Shown here in pieces: positions 1 through 8,860 of a stretch of 64,000 nt of DNA. The stretch spans positions 2,260,136 through 2,324,135 of the forward strand of contig CP129481.1 in the NCBI GenBank assembly GCA_030583905.1, in the 5' to 3' direction. The stretch's first letter is position 1; each line of letters starts with the position of its first letter. The translations under genes were made by a program, and so were the position numbers. The notes beneath the pieces are model-generated. The model was not told the origin of the DNA and searched no databases. It was given only the letters and a program-made list of their open reading frames with translations. The stretch is from Anaerolineales bacterium. Its GTDB lineage: Bacteria > Chloroflexota > Anaerolineae > Anaerolineales > Villigracilaceae.

Positions 1-2
1 GA

Positions 3-956
3 TGTAGAGATGCTCAGTGACTGGAGAGCGAGCAGGGTGCTGATATCCAAATCTCCGGCGCGTTGTGCGTAGGCTCCCGCCTGCGCTGCCATGCGCTGCG
101 CCTGGGATGCCTTTTGCTGGTTCTGGGCTTCCTGTTCCCTGTCCATTGCCAGTTGTTCACTTGCCTCCGCCTCGGCTTGTTTGGTGAGCGCAAATTGCTC
201 GCGCTCTTCCACCAGCGCCACTTGGGTTTCCAATAACAGCGCGGTATGTTCGGCGTTTTCCGTTTGCCGGAACGCATACAGCATCAGCATGAGACTGAAC
301 AGGGCGAACAGGAGCACGCCGACGATCAGACTTCTTTGCCGTCCGATCGCTCCTTTTCGGCTGGCAATGATGTATTCCGCTTGCAGCGGCGTGACGTGGC
401 GGTCGTCGTAGATGGTTGAATCCGCCATCCAGCGTTCGGCGTCCGTCAGGTCGGAGCCTTGCAGCAGGTGGATGCGTGTTCGCTGTTTGGCGTCCCACTC
501 GGTGGCGCGCTGCAGCAGGCGCGTGTGTTGTTTCACCCAGCCGAGGTCGATCTTGATGCTTTCGATGAGTTGGGCAAGCGCTAGGTTGAAACTTTCCTTT
601 TTGGGGCGCATCAACACCCAATTGGTGGCTGCCAGTTTGGGGTGCATTTTCATCCGTTTGTCCACGTCGCGGTACAAGACCGGGATGATCTTCTTATTCC
701 CCAGAATGGCAAGTTCGAGTTCCTTCGCGCACACTTCGGATTTGATGGAATCCGGGCTGAGGACGAAGACCAGGGCGTCCGCTCCCTCGATGGAGGCGGC
801 GATCTCTGCCATCCAATCGGCAGTGGACGGGATATCCTCCCAGTCCACCCAGGCTTTGATATCCTGCTGTTCGAGGGCGTCATTCAACTTTCGCGCAAAG
901 CGTTTGTCCTTGCGCGAATAGGAAATGAAGACGCTGGTCTTTCGTTCGACGGGCAT
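3..956 (-). CDS. TIR-domain protein with transmembrane helix and coiled coil; partial, runs off the left edge (missing from the ORF track)
   Basis: Manual translation from ATG 956: MPVERKTSVFISYSRKDKRFARKLNDALEQQDIKAWVDWEDI...ADALVFVLSPDSIKSEVCAKELELA (TIR_2 pattern), then TM SLIVGVLLFALFSLMLMLYAF and an Ala/Gln/Glu-rich helix; no stop seen before position 1. Confidence 0.8.
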   Translation of the reverse strand, partial: MPVERKTSVFISYSRKDKRFARKLNDALEQQDIKAWVDWEDIPSTADWMAEIAASIEGADALVFVLSPDSIKSEVCAKELELAILGNKKIIPVLYRDVDKRMKMHPKLAATNWVLMRPKKESFNLALAQLIESIKIDLGWVKQHTRLLQRATEWDAKQRTRIHLLQGSDLTDAERWMADSTIYDDRHVTPLQAEYIIASRKGAIGRQRSLIVGVLLFALFSLMLMLYAFRQTENAEHTALLLETQVALVEEREQFALTKQAEAEASEQLAMDREQEAQNQQKASQAQRMAAQAGAYAQRAGDLDISTLLALQSLSIST

Positions 957-975
957 AAGGGAACTTCGGTTCTTC

Positions 976-2367
976 CTAGCGGGTCAGGAACCAGGCTGCG
1001 ATAAAGCCCGAGTCGGTCGCATCCTTTACGCGGACCCATTGGTTGTTCGCTCCGATCTTTGCCTCGCCGCCTTCCTCGATGATCGTAAACTCATGGTTGA
1101 TCGGCACGCGCTTGATGAGGGTCGAGTCGCTGATATAGGGCTGGCGGCGCAGGGATACCGCTTCCGCCGTGGTGCGAACCTTGATGACCGCGTCCGGGTC
1201 GGTGGAGGTGTACGTCGTTTGGGCGCTGGAGCCGCCTGCGTACTTGACATACCATGCCGCCACATAGCCTTCCTTCTTGTTCCCGTCCTGCACTTTGAGC
1301 CACTGGTTGACCACGCCGACCTTGGCAATCGTCTGTTCGGCGGGTTCAAGGCTGATGATCTGCTCCGTGACGGCGAGCCGGCGGATGAGCGTTTCAGGCG
1401 AGATGACCGGTTTGGAGCGGAAGGACAATTCCTCGGTGGGGAAGAGTGCCAGCGCGCCGACGGGAACGGGAGCCGGAGCCGGGGATGGCGCGGAACCGGG
1501 CGTCGGGGCGGGACCCGGTGCGGGAGCCGGAGCAGGGATTGACGGGGAGGAGGCGGAGTCCTTGCTGTCTGAAACGTACCAGGCAGCCACGTATCCCTGA
1601 TCCCCTTTCGCGTCCTGGATGTGAAGCCACTTTCCATGTGCGCCGAGTTTGGTTTGTACATCCGCTTTTGGTTCGAGGGTTTTCAATTCGGCGCCCATCA
1701 ACATGCGCTTGAACAGATAGCCGTTGACCGACGGCTCGGCGCGCATGGCGAGATCGTCCACGCTGGTGTAGAGCGTGACGCTGTCGGCGGGGACGGGCAC
1801 CTTGGGGATGGTGGGAGGCTTGGGAGGAACGGTGCCGAAGTTATCGAACCACAACACGGCGCTAATCTCGGTTTCGAGCTTTCCACCGTTGAATTTGTAG
1901 CGTGTCGTCAGCAGGACGTCCTTGTCGGGAGCGTCGCCGCTGTATTTGAAAGGGTCGTAAATGACATAGTCATTGCCGCGTTTTTCCTTGACCAATACGA
2001 AATGCGTCTGGATGCCCGCTTGTTTGTTCCAATCCACCTGAAGGATGACGGGTTTGCCCTGTGCCACTGCCGCATCGATCTGTGCCAATGGCGGGGGGAC
2101 GCTCTCGCATGGCTGCATATCGCGGTAGGCGGCATGCGACCAGATATAAGGAAGCACGCTGGGGATAAAAAGCGCCCCCTGAAAACCGCCGGCTTTTTTC
2201 ATTTTGTCATTGACGGTGACAGGGGTTTCGTTATAGCCGATGCCGTTAAGCATCATGGTGACGGATGTGAGCAGGCATCCCCATGAGCCGATGGTTTGGT
2301 TCGATTTTCCAAGAGGGATGTTCTTCCATGCATCGTCGTTCTGGTAAAGGGTATTGGTAACGAACAT
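976..2367 (-). CDS. C39-like cysteine peptidase domain plus three SH3b-like repeats (putative cell-wall hydrolase)
   Basis: N-terminal YQND..W...GCLLTS (Cys), QTHFVLV (His), IYDP (Asp); three repeats ending WLxVxD..G..GYVAAWYV / GFIAAWFL; Pro-Ala linker. Confidence 0.7.
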   Translation of the reverse strand: MFVTNTLYQNDDAWKNIPLGKSNQTIGSWGCLLTSVTMMLNGIGYNETPVTVNDKMKKAGGFQGALFIPSVLPYIWSHAAYRDMQPCESVPPPLAQIDAAVAQGKPVILQVDWNKQAGIQTHFVLVKEKRGNDYVIYDPFKYSGDAPDKDVLLTTRYKFNGGKLETEISAVLWFDNFGTVPPKPPTIPKVPVPADSVTLYTSVDDLAMRAEPSVNGYLFKRMLMGAELKTLEPKADVQTKLGAHGKWLHIQDAKGDQGYVAAWYVSDSKDSASSPSIPAPAPAPGPAPTPGSAPSPAPAPVPVGALALFPTEELSFRSKPVISPETLIRRLAVTEQIISLEPAEQTIAKVGVVNQWLKVQDGNKKEGYVAAWYVKYAGGSSAQTTYTSTDPDAVIKVRTTAEAVSLRRQPYISDSTLIKRVPINHEFTIIEEGGEAKIGANNQWVRVKDATDSGFIAAWFLTR

Positions 2368-2566
2368 ACGGACCTGCCTCCTGAGTTGACGTTAAACTTC
2401 CAGATACAATCCGGTAATTTTACTCCATTTCATTTACACCACCCGTTTTACTTCGGTGTGCTGCGCCGCGCCCCGCCGGAATCGCAAAAGAGATCGTGGA
2501 AACGGGCGCATTTTTTCATTAGTTCTCGCGGGATGTTCGATAAGGGAAGGGATGAAACCAAAGATC

Positions 2567-3307
2567 TCAGCCGGAAGATTGATACTGTCTCAGCCACCAT
2601 TCTGTGCCGGGCAGACCGCTCGCCCTGACCTCCGCCAGCAGGGCGGGAATGTCAAAGTACACGCGGTGCAGGTCGACCTGAAGATCGTTCCCTGACTGGC
2701 TCAGGACGGCATATTCCGCCCAGGGAAGCAGATGCGGCGGGTTGCCGGGCGAATACGCGAACTCGAAGGCATTGCCGACACTGCCGCTGTTGACGACCAG
2801 CCTCTTTCCATAACGGCGGTGCATCTGGATGTGCGAGTGACCGCCGATAAAGACATCGGCGGAGTGACCGTGGAAATAATGATCGAGCGTTTCGGTCGGA
2901 GTGGTGGCAAGGATGATATCGGTGGTGGCAAGCGGCGAACCGTGGAATGCCAGCAGTTTGATCCCGTTCGGAAATTTTATCTCGTGCATGGGCTTGAACG
3001 AACGGATAAAGTCGAAGTCGTCGGCGGTCAGGCGTTCGCGCCCCCAGTGCAGGTCAGGGATCAAATGCGGGGTGATCTCGTATTGCGCCGATCTCTCAGG
3101 CTCGAGGATGGCGGCATCGTGGTTGCCTTTGATGTTAATGCTGTTCACTTCATGCAGCGCCTCAATGACCTCCCGCGGCTGCGGACCCAGGCTGACCACA
3201 TCGCCAAGGCAGACCACTTGATCGGCGCCCTGCTTCTTAATATCTGCAAGGACAGCCTGCAAGGCTGTATGGTTGCCATGTATATCTGATATGAAAGCAA
3301 TGCGCAT
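2567..3307 (-). CDS. Calcineurin-like metallophosphoesterase (YfcE-like)
   Basis: Motifs ISDIHGN, CLGDVV, KGNHD, AFHGSP, GGHSH, NSGSVG. Confidence 0.9.
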   Translation of the reverse strand: MRIAFISDIHGNHTALQAVLADIKKQGADQVVCLGDVVSLGPQPREVIEALHEVNSINIKGNHDAAILEPERSAQYEITPHLIPDLHWGRERLTADDFDFIRSFKPMHEIKFPNGIKLLAFHGSPLATTDIILATTPTETLDHYFHGHSADVFIGGHSHIQMHRRYGKRLVVNSGSVGNAFEFAYSPGNPPHLLPWAEYAVLSQSGNDLQVDLHRVYFDIPALLAEVRASGLPGTEWWLRQYQSSG

Positions 3308-3436
3308 GACGTATCCCTTTGGCGAATGACATCATTGTACACGACGCGCCGAACTTTTGTCGTTGTACTAGAACTTATGGGTGATATGGAGAACGCATCT
3401 TTCCCAAGCCCGTGCCTGACCGCTGCTTCCCCAATT

Positions 3437-3883
3437 TTACCCGCCGCTGACCGTGATCTCGCGTTCGTTCAGCTCCAACTCAAGTTCATCCCCGTAACGG
3501 ATTTGGGGAATCTCGTGCGCGATCACCTCGATCATGGACGGATCCTGGAAGTGTTTCCGTTTTGTCTCCGGGTGCGGATGATACACCCAGCCTGCGTATT
3601 CCACGCCCTTGAAGACGACCTTGCAACGCGAGAAGGAGAACGTCTCCGGCGGGTGCAGATCGGTCCATTCGACGCGCTCGAAGGTGAACTCCGGCGCGGA
3701 CATGGCGAAAGTGAGCGGCGCAATGGAGACGTTAAGCGTGCCGTTATGGAAATTGGAAAGGTCCAAGCCGAGCGCTTGAAAGAAGGGAATTTGTTTTTCC
3801 AATGTGCCGTACGGATAGGCGTCCGAGGGACGCGAAGCGACCTGATGCCCTTGTACCAGAATGCCTTTCAAGCGGATGCCCAT
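3437..3883 (-). CDS. Hypothetical protein resembling the CTP-dependent riboflavin kinase fold
   Basis: LKGILVQG, GTLNV, IEVIA and GDELEL occur in the same order as the motifs of archaeal RibK, recalled from memory. Confidence 0.5.
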   Translation of the reverse strand: MGIRLKGILVQGHQVASRPSDAYPYGTLEKQIPFFQALGLDLSNFHNGTLNVSIAPLTFAMSAPEFTFERVEWTDLHPPETFSFSRCKVVFKGVEYAGWVYHPHPETKRKHFQDPSMIEVIAHEIPQIRYGDELELELNEREITVSGG

Positions 3884-4030
3884 GCGCGGAAGTATATCAG
3901 CGCGGGCAGGGTTTGGGATGGAAAAGGCAGGTTCGAGTTAAGCGCGAAGCGGAAGGCTGGAAATCGGACCCTGTTTTGTGCTACAGTATAGATGCCTGAG
4001 ACCGCCATTCCCTCGGGCAGGAGCAATCTG

Positions 4031-4303
4031 ATGGAAGTGGAAGCAGGAAAGGTGACACACTATTATAGTCATCTCGGTGTGGCGGTATTGACGCTGACCG
4101 ACAGCCTGAAACTGGGGGACAAGATACACATCGTTGGATATTCGACGGATTTTACACAGCGCGTGACCTCCATGGAGGTCGAGCATCACAGCATTATTTG
4201 GGTGAAGCCCGGCGATGATGTGGCGGTGCGCGTCGTACAGCCGGTGCACGTGCATGACACGGTCTATCGGGTGGTGGAAGAGTCGCTGGAGCCGCTGCCG
4301 TAG
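4031..4303 (+). CDS. Small beta-barrel protein (elongation-factor-like / U32 peptidase C-terminal-like)
   Basis: GKVTHYY..LGVAVL.L...LKLGD.IHI.G..TDFTQ.V.SMEVEH pattern; RBS caggag before ATG 4031 (the track starts at 3992). Confidence 0.7.
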   Translation: MEVEAGKVTHYYSHLGVAVLTLTDSLKLGDKIHIVGYSTDFTQRVTSMEVEHHSIIWVKPGDDVAVRVVQPVHVHDTVYRVVEESLEPLP

Positions 4304-4464
4304 CGGATACGATCTCGGAAATCCTTGCCCGATAGACCGTATCTAAAATTCGCATAGGCAAATACGGGCGAGGGGATGGTATTTTTATTGCCGGGAATTA
4401 CCAGCAGTCATGTACGGTCTAATTTTTTTGCGGAGTAACAGGACCGCAGAAACGTGAAAATTCG

Positions 4465-5265
4465 TCACGGGATGATGTAAGACTGCAATTCCATCGTGCC
4501 GTCCAGCCCATCCCCGGCGGTGACGGTTTTGATCAAGCCGATGTTTTCAACATACCAGTTGGTCACATTGAGGGTGAGCGCGTTGCGGCTGGGTTTGTCC
4601 GGGATGTCCACGGTCAGATCCATCGTCGTGCGGCAATCCACGCGGAAGGCGTTGAACGTACCCGCTGTTACGATCACGGATTCAAAGTTTACGGCGGTGC
4701 AATTGTTATTGATGATATTGCGCGCATCATATTGGGCGGCGCCGATCGCCAGCTTGCCTTCGATGGTGACAGACTGCGCCCAGTTATCTCCCGGGTTGAG
4801 CGCGGCGGGCAGGGTGATGCCCGTCTGCGAAACCGTGCGGAACTCCACCCAGACCCCTTCCGAACTGATGCTGATGGACGTGCCGCTGGCGGGGTCCAGA
4901 GCGGTGAGATTGCCGCCCGCGCACTGCCAACTTCCATTGCGGATGATGCCGGAGCCGAAGGTGTCCTGGTCGGTAAAGGTGGTCGGCTGCGCGTTGATGA
5001 TGCGGCGCGTCATGGTATCGTTGATGATGCCCGTTAACCTGTAATTCCAGGTCGCGCCCTGCACGACCGGCAGGTAGCGGTTGGCGCAATCGTTCGCGGC
5101 AGCGGCGGCTTCCAACTGTTCGGCGGCTGGCTGCAGTTCGGGCGTGGGTTGTTCCATCATCAGCGGGACCACGGACTCCGGCGTGGGGGTCTCGGTTCCG
5201 CAGGCAACCAGGGCGAGAAGCAGCATGCTCCCCGCAAGGATTTTCTTCCAGTGACGTTTCATCAT
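4465..5265 (-). CDS. Putative lipoprotein, beta-rich, function unknown
   Basis: Signal peptide with lipobox LALVAC; C-terminal WYVENIGLIK motif. Confidence 0.7.
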   Translation of the reverse strand: MMKRHWKKILAGSMLLLALVACGTETPTPESVVPLMMEQPTPELQPAAEQLEAAAAANDCANRYLPVVQGATWNYRLTGIINDTMTRRIINAQPTTFTDQDTFGSGIIRNGSWQCAGGNLTALDPASGTSISISSEGVWVEFRTVSQTGITLPAALNPGDNWAQSVTIEGKLAIGAAQYDARNIINNNCTAVNFESVIVTAGTFNAFRVDCRTTMDLTVDIPDKPSRNALTLNVTNWYVENIGLIKTVTAGDGLDGTMELQSYIIP

Positions 5266-5384
5266 TTCAGCCTCGCTTTCTCTTTTTGCGAACGGATTCT
5301 GCCATGTGTGGAATGCTGCGCTTCGTCCGCTCCCAGAGTTGATTCCAAGTATATCAGCATGTATCTCCCTCCAACGTTGGGATT

Positions 5385-5660
5385 TCAGGCTTCCTTGATG
5401 ATATGCCCGCCCGCCTCCGCTTCCGCCAGCACGGACAGGATGGTATGCGCCAGTTCCCTCGCTGCGGATTCGCTCAACTCGACCGCCACCCGCGCGGAGG
5501 GACCCTGCGATTCGTCTACGAAATCAATATTCAGGGAATGTTCATAGGGCGCGTCGAAGGGATGGTCATAGGAGACATTCGCCTGCTGCAAGCGGAACCA
5601 GCCTTGCCGCCCCTTGCCGCTGCCTTCCACGCTGATCTTGTGTGTGATCATGGTGCACAT
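5385..5660 (-). CDS. Small conserved protein (DUF6295-like)
   Basis: MCT...GSGKG..GWF.L..A.V.YDHP...EH.LNIDF....GPSARVAVEL pattern recognised from memory. Confidence 0.65.
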   Translation of the reverse strand: MCTMITHKISVEGSGKGRQGWFRLQQANVSYDHPFDAPYEHSLNIDFVDESQGPSARVAVELSESAARELAHTILSVLAEAEAGGHIIKEA

Positions 5661-5783
5661 AGTGATTTCCTTATTCCGTTGGTTGAGTAGGCGGTGTTCG
5701 TCCGCCGTATCGAAACCAACAGGTGACAGAGATGCCCGCCTGATTGCTGGTTTCGATATGCTGCTCGCTGTGCTCGCGCCTAC

Positions 5784-6548
5784 TCAACCAGCGGGCTGTA
5801 GATATTTTTCCAGGAACGCGAAGACCTTCTTCCAGCCGTCCACGGCTTGTTCCTGCCGGTAGTTGGGGCGGTGATAATAAAAGAAGCCGTGCCCTGCCTT
5901 GGGGTACATGTGGAATTCGTAGGTCTTGCCGTGCTTTTTGAGTTCATCTTCGTGGATGCGCACCTGCTCGGGCGTGGGGCTGGAATCTTCTTCGCCAAAC
6001 AAACCCAGGATGGGGCAGGACAGGTCGCGGGTATAGTCGAGAGGCGAAACGGCGCACTTGTCGTTCAATTGTTCGGGCGTCATCACCACGCGTCCGCCCC
6101 AGCAATCCACGATCGCATCGAAGCCTTTCACACGGCAGGCGGCGAGATAGGCGTGCCGTCCGCCGGAGCAGGTTCCGAAGATGCCGACCTTGCCGTTGAC
6201 GTAGTCGAGCGCGCGGACGTGCTGCATGGTGCCTTCGAGGTCGCCGACTGCCTGATCGTCGGGGATGCCGCCGTCGGCGTGAACCTTTGCCGCCACGTCT
6301 TCGGGCGTGCCGTGCCCCGCGCGGAAGTACAGGTTGGGGGTGATGGCGGCATAGCCGTTCAGCGCGAACTTATAGGTGGCTTCGCGATACCAGGCGTCCC
6401 AGCCGGGCATGTGATGCGCCAGCACCACGGCAGGGAACTTGCTTCCGCCCAACGGACGCGCCAAATAGGCGTTGATCGTCTCTCCATTCGCGCCGGTCAT
6501 CGTGACCGTTTCCGCCAGCACGCCTTCGTATTGATCGGTCGTGTACAT
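5784..6548 (-). CDS. Dienelactone hydrolase family protein
   Basis: Nucleophile G-T-C-S-G-G, FGEED, GHGFF; RBS aaggagg. Confidence 0.9.
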   Translation of the reverse strand: MYTTDQYEGVLAETVTMTGANGETINAYLARPLGGSKFPAVVLAHHMPGWDAWYREATYKFALNGYAAITPNLYFRAGHGTPEDVAAKVHADGGIPDDQAVGDLEGTMQHVRALDYVNGKVGIFGTCSGGRHAYLAACRVKGFDAIVDCWGGRVVMTPEQLNDKCAVSPLDYTRDLSCPILGLFGEEDSSPTPEQVRIHEDELKKHGKTYEFHMYPKAGHGFFYYHRPNYRQEQAVDGWKKVFAFLEKYLQPAG

Positions 6549-6599
6549 GGGGTTCCTCCTTGAAGGTTGGTTTCCCTTATTGTAGTGGATTTTTTCGCG

Positions 6600-6679
6600 G
6601 ATTCAGGGTCTCAGGCTCTTCAAAGGGTCTCGTCGTCGGAGTTCGTAGCGGGACGGTTTCTGAGGACGCTGTGTTAGGC
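6600..6679 (-). other. Degenerate attC-like site
   Basis: Minus strand GCCTAAC (R'') + 5 nt + GTCCTCAG, which pairs with CTGAGAC (6614-6608) leaving one extrahelical base; distal GTTRRRY absent. Confidence 0.45.
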
Positions 6680-7229
6680 GTTTTTTTTTGGGGGGGGTAA
6701 TTAAACCTATTAAATTCAAAAGCAATAAAATAGTATAGGCTGTGTTCATCACATAAATCCAAGACTGAGGTGATGATATGGTAACTCTCATAGTAGAGGG
6801 CGTGAAGCAAATTTCTCTAACAACGATATTTGTCATTGGAATTTCAGACCAGATGTAGATTATTAAAAAGGCTGAAAATAGCATAACAAGGAATGTTGAA
6901 AAGATACGTCCTAACTTTTTCTGTACAAAGGAAGTAGCACAAAAGAAGAGGGGAGTGGCGCAAAATAATAAGGTTCCCGCCAAAATGCGAGTGAAAATAA
7001 AACCTGTGCACTGGATGATTTGGAGTGGATTGCGGTCGGGGATTTTGAATAAATCAACGATATTAAATAACAGGGTTATAAATGCAAGGCACAGTGGCAA
7101 GATAACTATCAGTAATGGAGTAAGCCAATTCAAAGAAGGAAAGTACTTAGTTGTTAGTTTAGGGAATTCGAAAGGCGGCGTGAACATTTTCAGCATCATT
7201 GAGTTAGTAATTCTCTGCAAATCTAACAA
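6603..7229 (-). CDS. AT-rich multi-pass membrane protein, probable integron gene cassette ORF
   Basis: Four hydrophobic segments and much lower GC than neighbours; flanked by GTTAGGC / GCCTAAC; the basic C-terminal tail after an A9/C8 homopolymer looks like read-through into attC. Confidence 0.6.
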   Translation of the reverse strand: MLDLQRITNSMMLKMFTPPFEFPKLTTKYFPSLNWLTPLLIVILPLCLAFITLLFNIVDLFKIPDRNPLQIIQCTGFIFTRILAGTLLFCATPLFFCATSFVQKKLGRIFSTFLVMLFSAFLIIYIWSEIPMTNIVVREICFTPSTMRVTISSPQSWIYVMNTAYTILLLLNLIGLITPPKKKRLTQRPQKPSRYELRRRDPLKSLRP

Positions 7230-7232
7230 AAC

Positions 7233-7253
7233 GCCTAACTATTGTTTAGATGG
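7233..7253 (-). other. attI-like integron recombination site
   Basis: Minus strand CCATCTAAA-CAATA-GTTAGGC has the same geometry as class 1 attI (CCCTAAA-ACAAA-GTTAGGC); sits between the cassette and a divergent intI remnant. Confidence 0.6.
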
Positions 7254-7380
7254 TCGTTCACCGTATAACTGCTTATGGACGGTCAGTTCCAACTAACGCC
7301 CTAATTCAATTAGGACATTGGGCAGTCATAGGTTAAAATTGGATAAGCGAATTATAAACTTCCCAAAACCACAGGTCAAT

Positions 7381-7515
7381 ATGCAAAACAGGATAACCGA
7401 TACACCCTCCAAGAGCAAGGAACTTCTCGACCAGCTTCGAGCCCAAATTTGCATCAAGCAATATTCCCCCTGTATCGAACGGTCATCCTATAATCATCCT
7501 ATAACCATCCTATAG
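7381..7515 (+). pseudogene. intI: Integron integrase N-terminal remnant
   Basis: KELLDQLRAQICIKQYSPCIERS matches the IntI N-terminal pattern KLLDQ(L/V)R..IR.K(H/Q)YS.RTE..Y; breaks into tandem repeats and stops after about 35 codons. Confidence 0.6.
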
Positions 7516-7915
7516 TCATCCTATATGCTCGCTATATGCTCCCATATGCTTCCGGGCGCAAACCCAGCACACAAAATCCCGCAAACACCCTTATCCCGCC
7601 CCTAAATTTGTCTGGATGACAAGCATTGCGCCATCCTGGCAACAATCGAGCCCCAATCAACCTCCAACCGAGCACCAATCATCCTGTACTCATCCTGTAC
7701 TGTAGCTCCAATCGAGCTCCAATCAGGCTCCAATCAGGCTCCAACCATCCTACAGCCATCCTGCAACCAAGCTGTAGCCAAGCAAAACGGGATTTGACGC
7801 ACGCTCCATTTCCCCGACCAACTGACTAACCGACCAGTCAGACCATTTAGACGAATCAGACCACTCCGACCATCCGACTAGTCAAACCATTCAGACCAAT
7901 TAGACTAATTAGACT
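7492..7915. repeat. Degenerate 9-11 bp tandem microrepeat tracts
   Basis: (N)CATCCTATA x4, CCAATCAGGCT/CCAATCGAGCT-like units, CAGACCATT/AGACTAATT-like 9-mers; strongly C/A-biased strand. Confidence 0.75.
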
Positions 7916-8393
7916 ACCCAACCTTGATCGTCAAATTCACCACCTCCGCATTGCTAGCCCTCACCAAATTCTCCGGCGTGATCATGATCTCCTCGCCCCA
8001 CTGACCCGCCCCCGTACCCAACAGCGGCTCGTTCATCAATGTCGCCTCGAGGAAAGAACGGAAACCGGCGGGCTGCCAGCCAAAGGCAGGGATCGAACCG
8101 ATCACATATCCCGTCACCTCCTTTACCACCTCGGGCGGAGCCATCTGAATATTGCGCGAACCGATGGCGCGTTTCAGGTTTCCAGAGATGGCGTTCTGGT
8201 CGCCGCCCAGCATCACCAGCACGCACTCGCCCGTATCCACCACACGGAAGATCAGCGTCTTGACCGCCTGCCGTTCGGGAAAACCGAGCGCCATGGCGAC
8301 GTTCGCCGCGCCCTTTTCCGTATCGGGCGGGAAACTGCGCGCCTCATAGGGGATATTGTGCTGGTCGAGATGCAGGTGAGCGGGGAGTTTCAT
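7914..8393 (-). CDS. ybaK: YbaK/EbsC aminoacyl-tRNA deacylase
   Basis: QAVKTLIF, VTGYVIGSIPAFG, GAGQWGEEIMI. Confidence 0.85.
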   Translation of the reverse strand: MKLPAHLHLDQHNIPYEARSFPPDTEKGAANVAMALGFPERQAVKTLIFRVVDTGECVLVMLGGDQNAISGNLKRAIGSRNIQMAPPEVVKEVTGYVIGSIPAFGWQPAGFRSFLEATLMNEPLLGTGAGQWGEEIMITPENLVRASNAEVVNLTIKVG

Positions 8394-8860
8394 AGGTCGA
8401 GTCCTTTGCGGATAATGGCAGTGATCTCCTGCGGCGCGCGCATGATGTCAACCCGCAGCGCGTCCGCCGGTTCTTCGAGCGCTTCGAACTGGCTCTTCAA
8501 CAATTGTACCGGCATATAATGCTCCCTGCGCAGCGCCATGCGCGCCTCGATCTGTTCATACGTCCCCGTCAAGTGGACGAAGCGCACGCCCTTGTCCACC
8601 CGCAGGATGCCGCGATACGCCTCTTTCAACGCCGAGCATGCCAGCACACAGTCGGCATTTTCCTGCAGGACGGCTTTCAGCGCCGCCAGCCATTCGGCGC
8701 GGTCTTCATCATTCAGTGGAATGCCCTGAGACATTTTCATGCGGTTCGCATCGGAGTGGAAATCGTCAGCATCGAAGAACCGCGAGCCCAGTTCCTGCGC
8801 CAGCAGTCTGCCGACCGTGGTCTTTCCCGACCCCGACACACCCATGATGATGATCTTCAC
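8390..8860 (-). CDS. gntK: Gluconokinase
   Basis: MGVSGSGKTT, DADDFH..AN..KM..GIPL.DEDR..WL, VLACSALK..YR, LL.SQF..LE. Confidence 0.9.
   Translation of the reverse strand: MKIIIMGVSGSGKTTVGRLLAQELGSRFFDADDFHSDANRMKMSQGIPLNDEDRAEWLAALKAVLQENADCVLACSALKEAYRGILRVDKGVRFVHLTGTYEQIEARMALRREHYMPVQLLKSQFEALEEPADALRVDIMRAPQEITAIIRKGLDL

Noticed and set aside
7492-7915. Microrepeats as CRISPR; ORF 7626..7829
   Set aside because: Units are 9-11 bp, contiguous and degenerate; the ORF is low-complexity.
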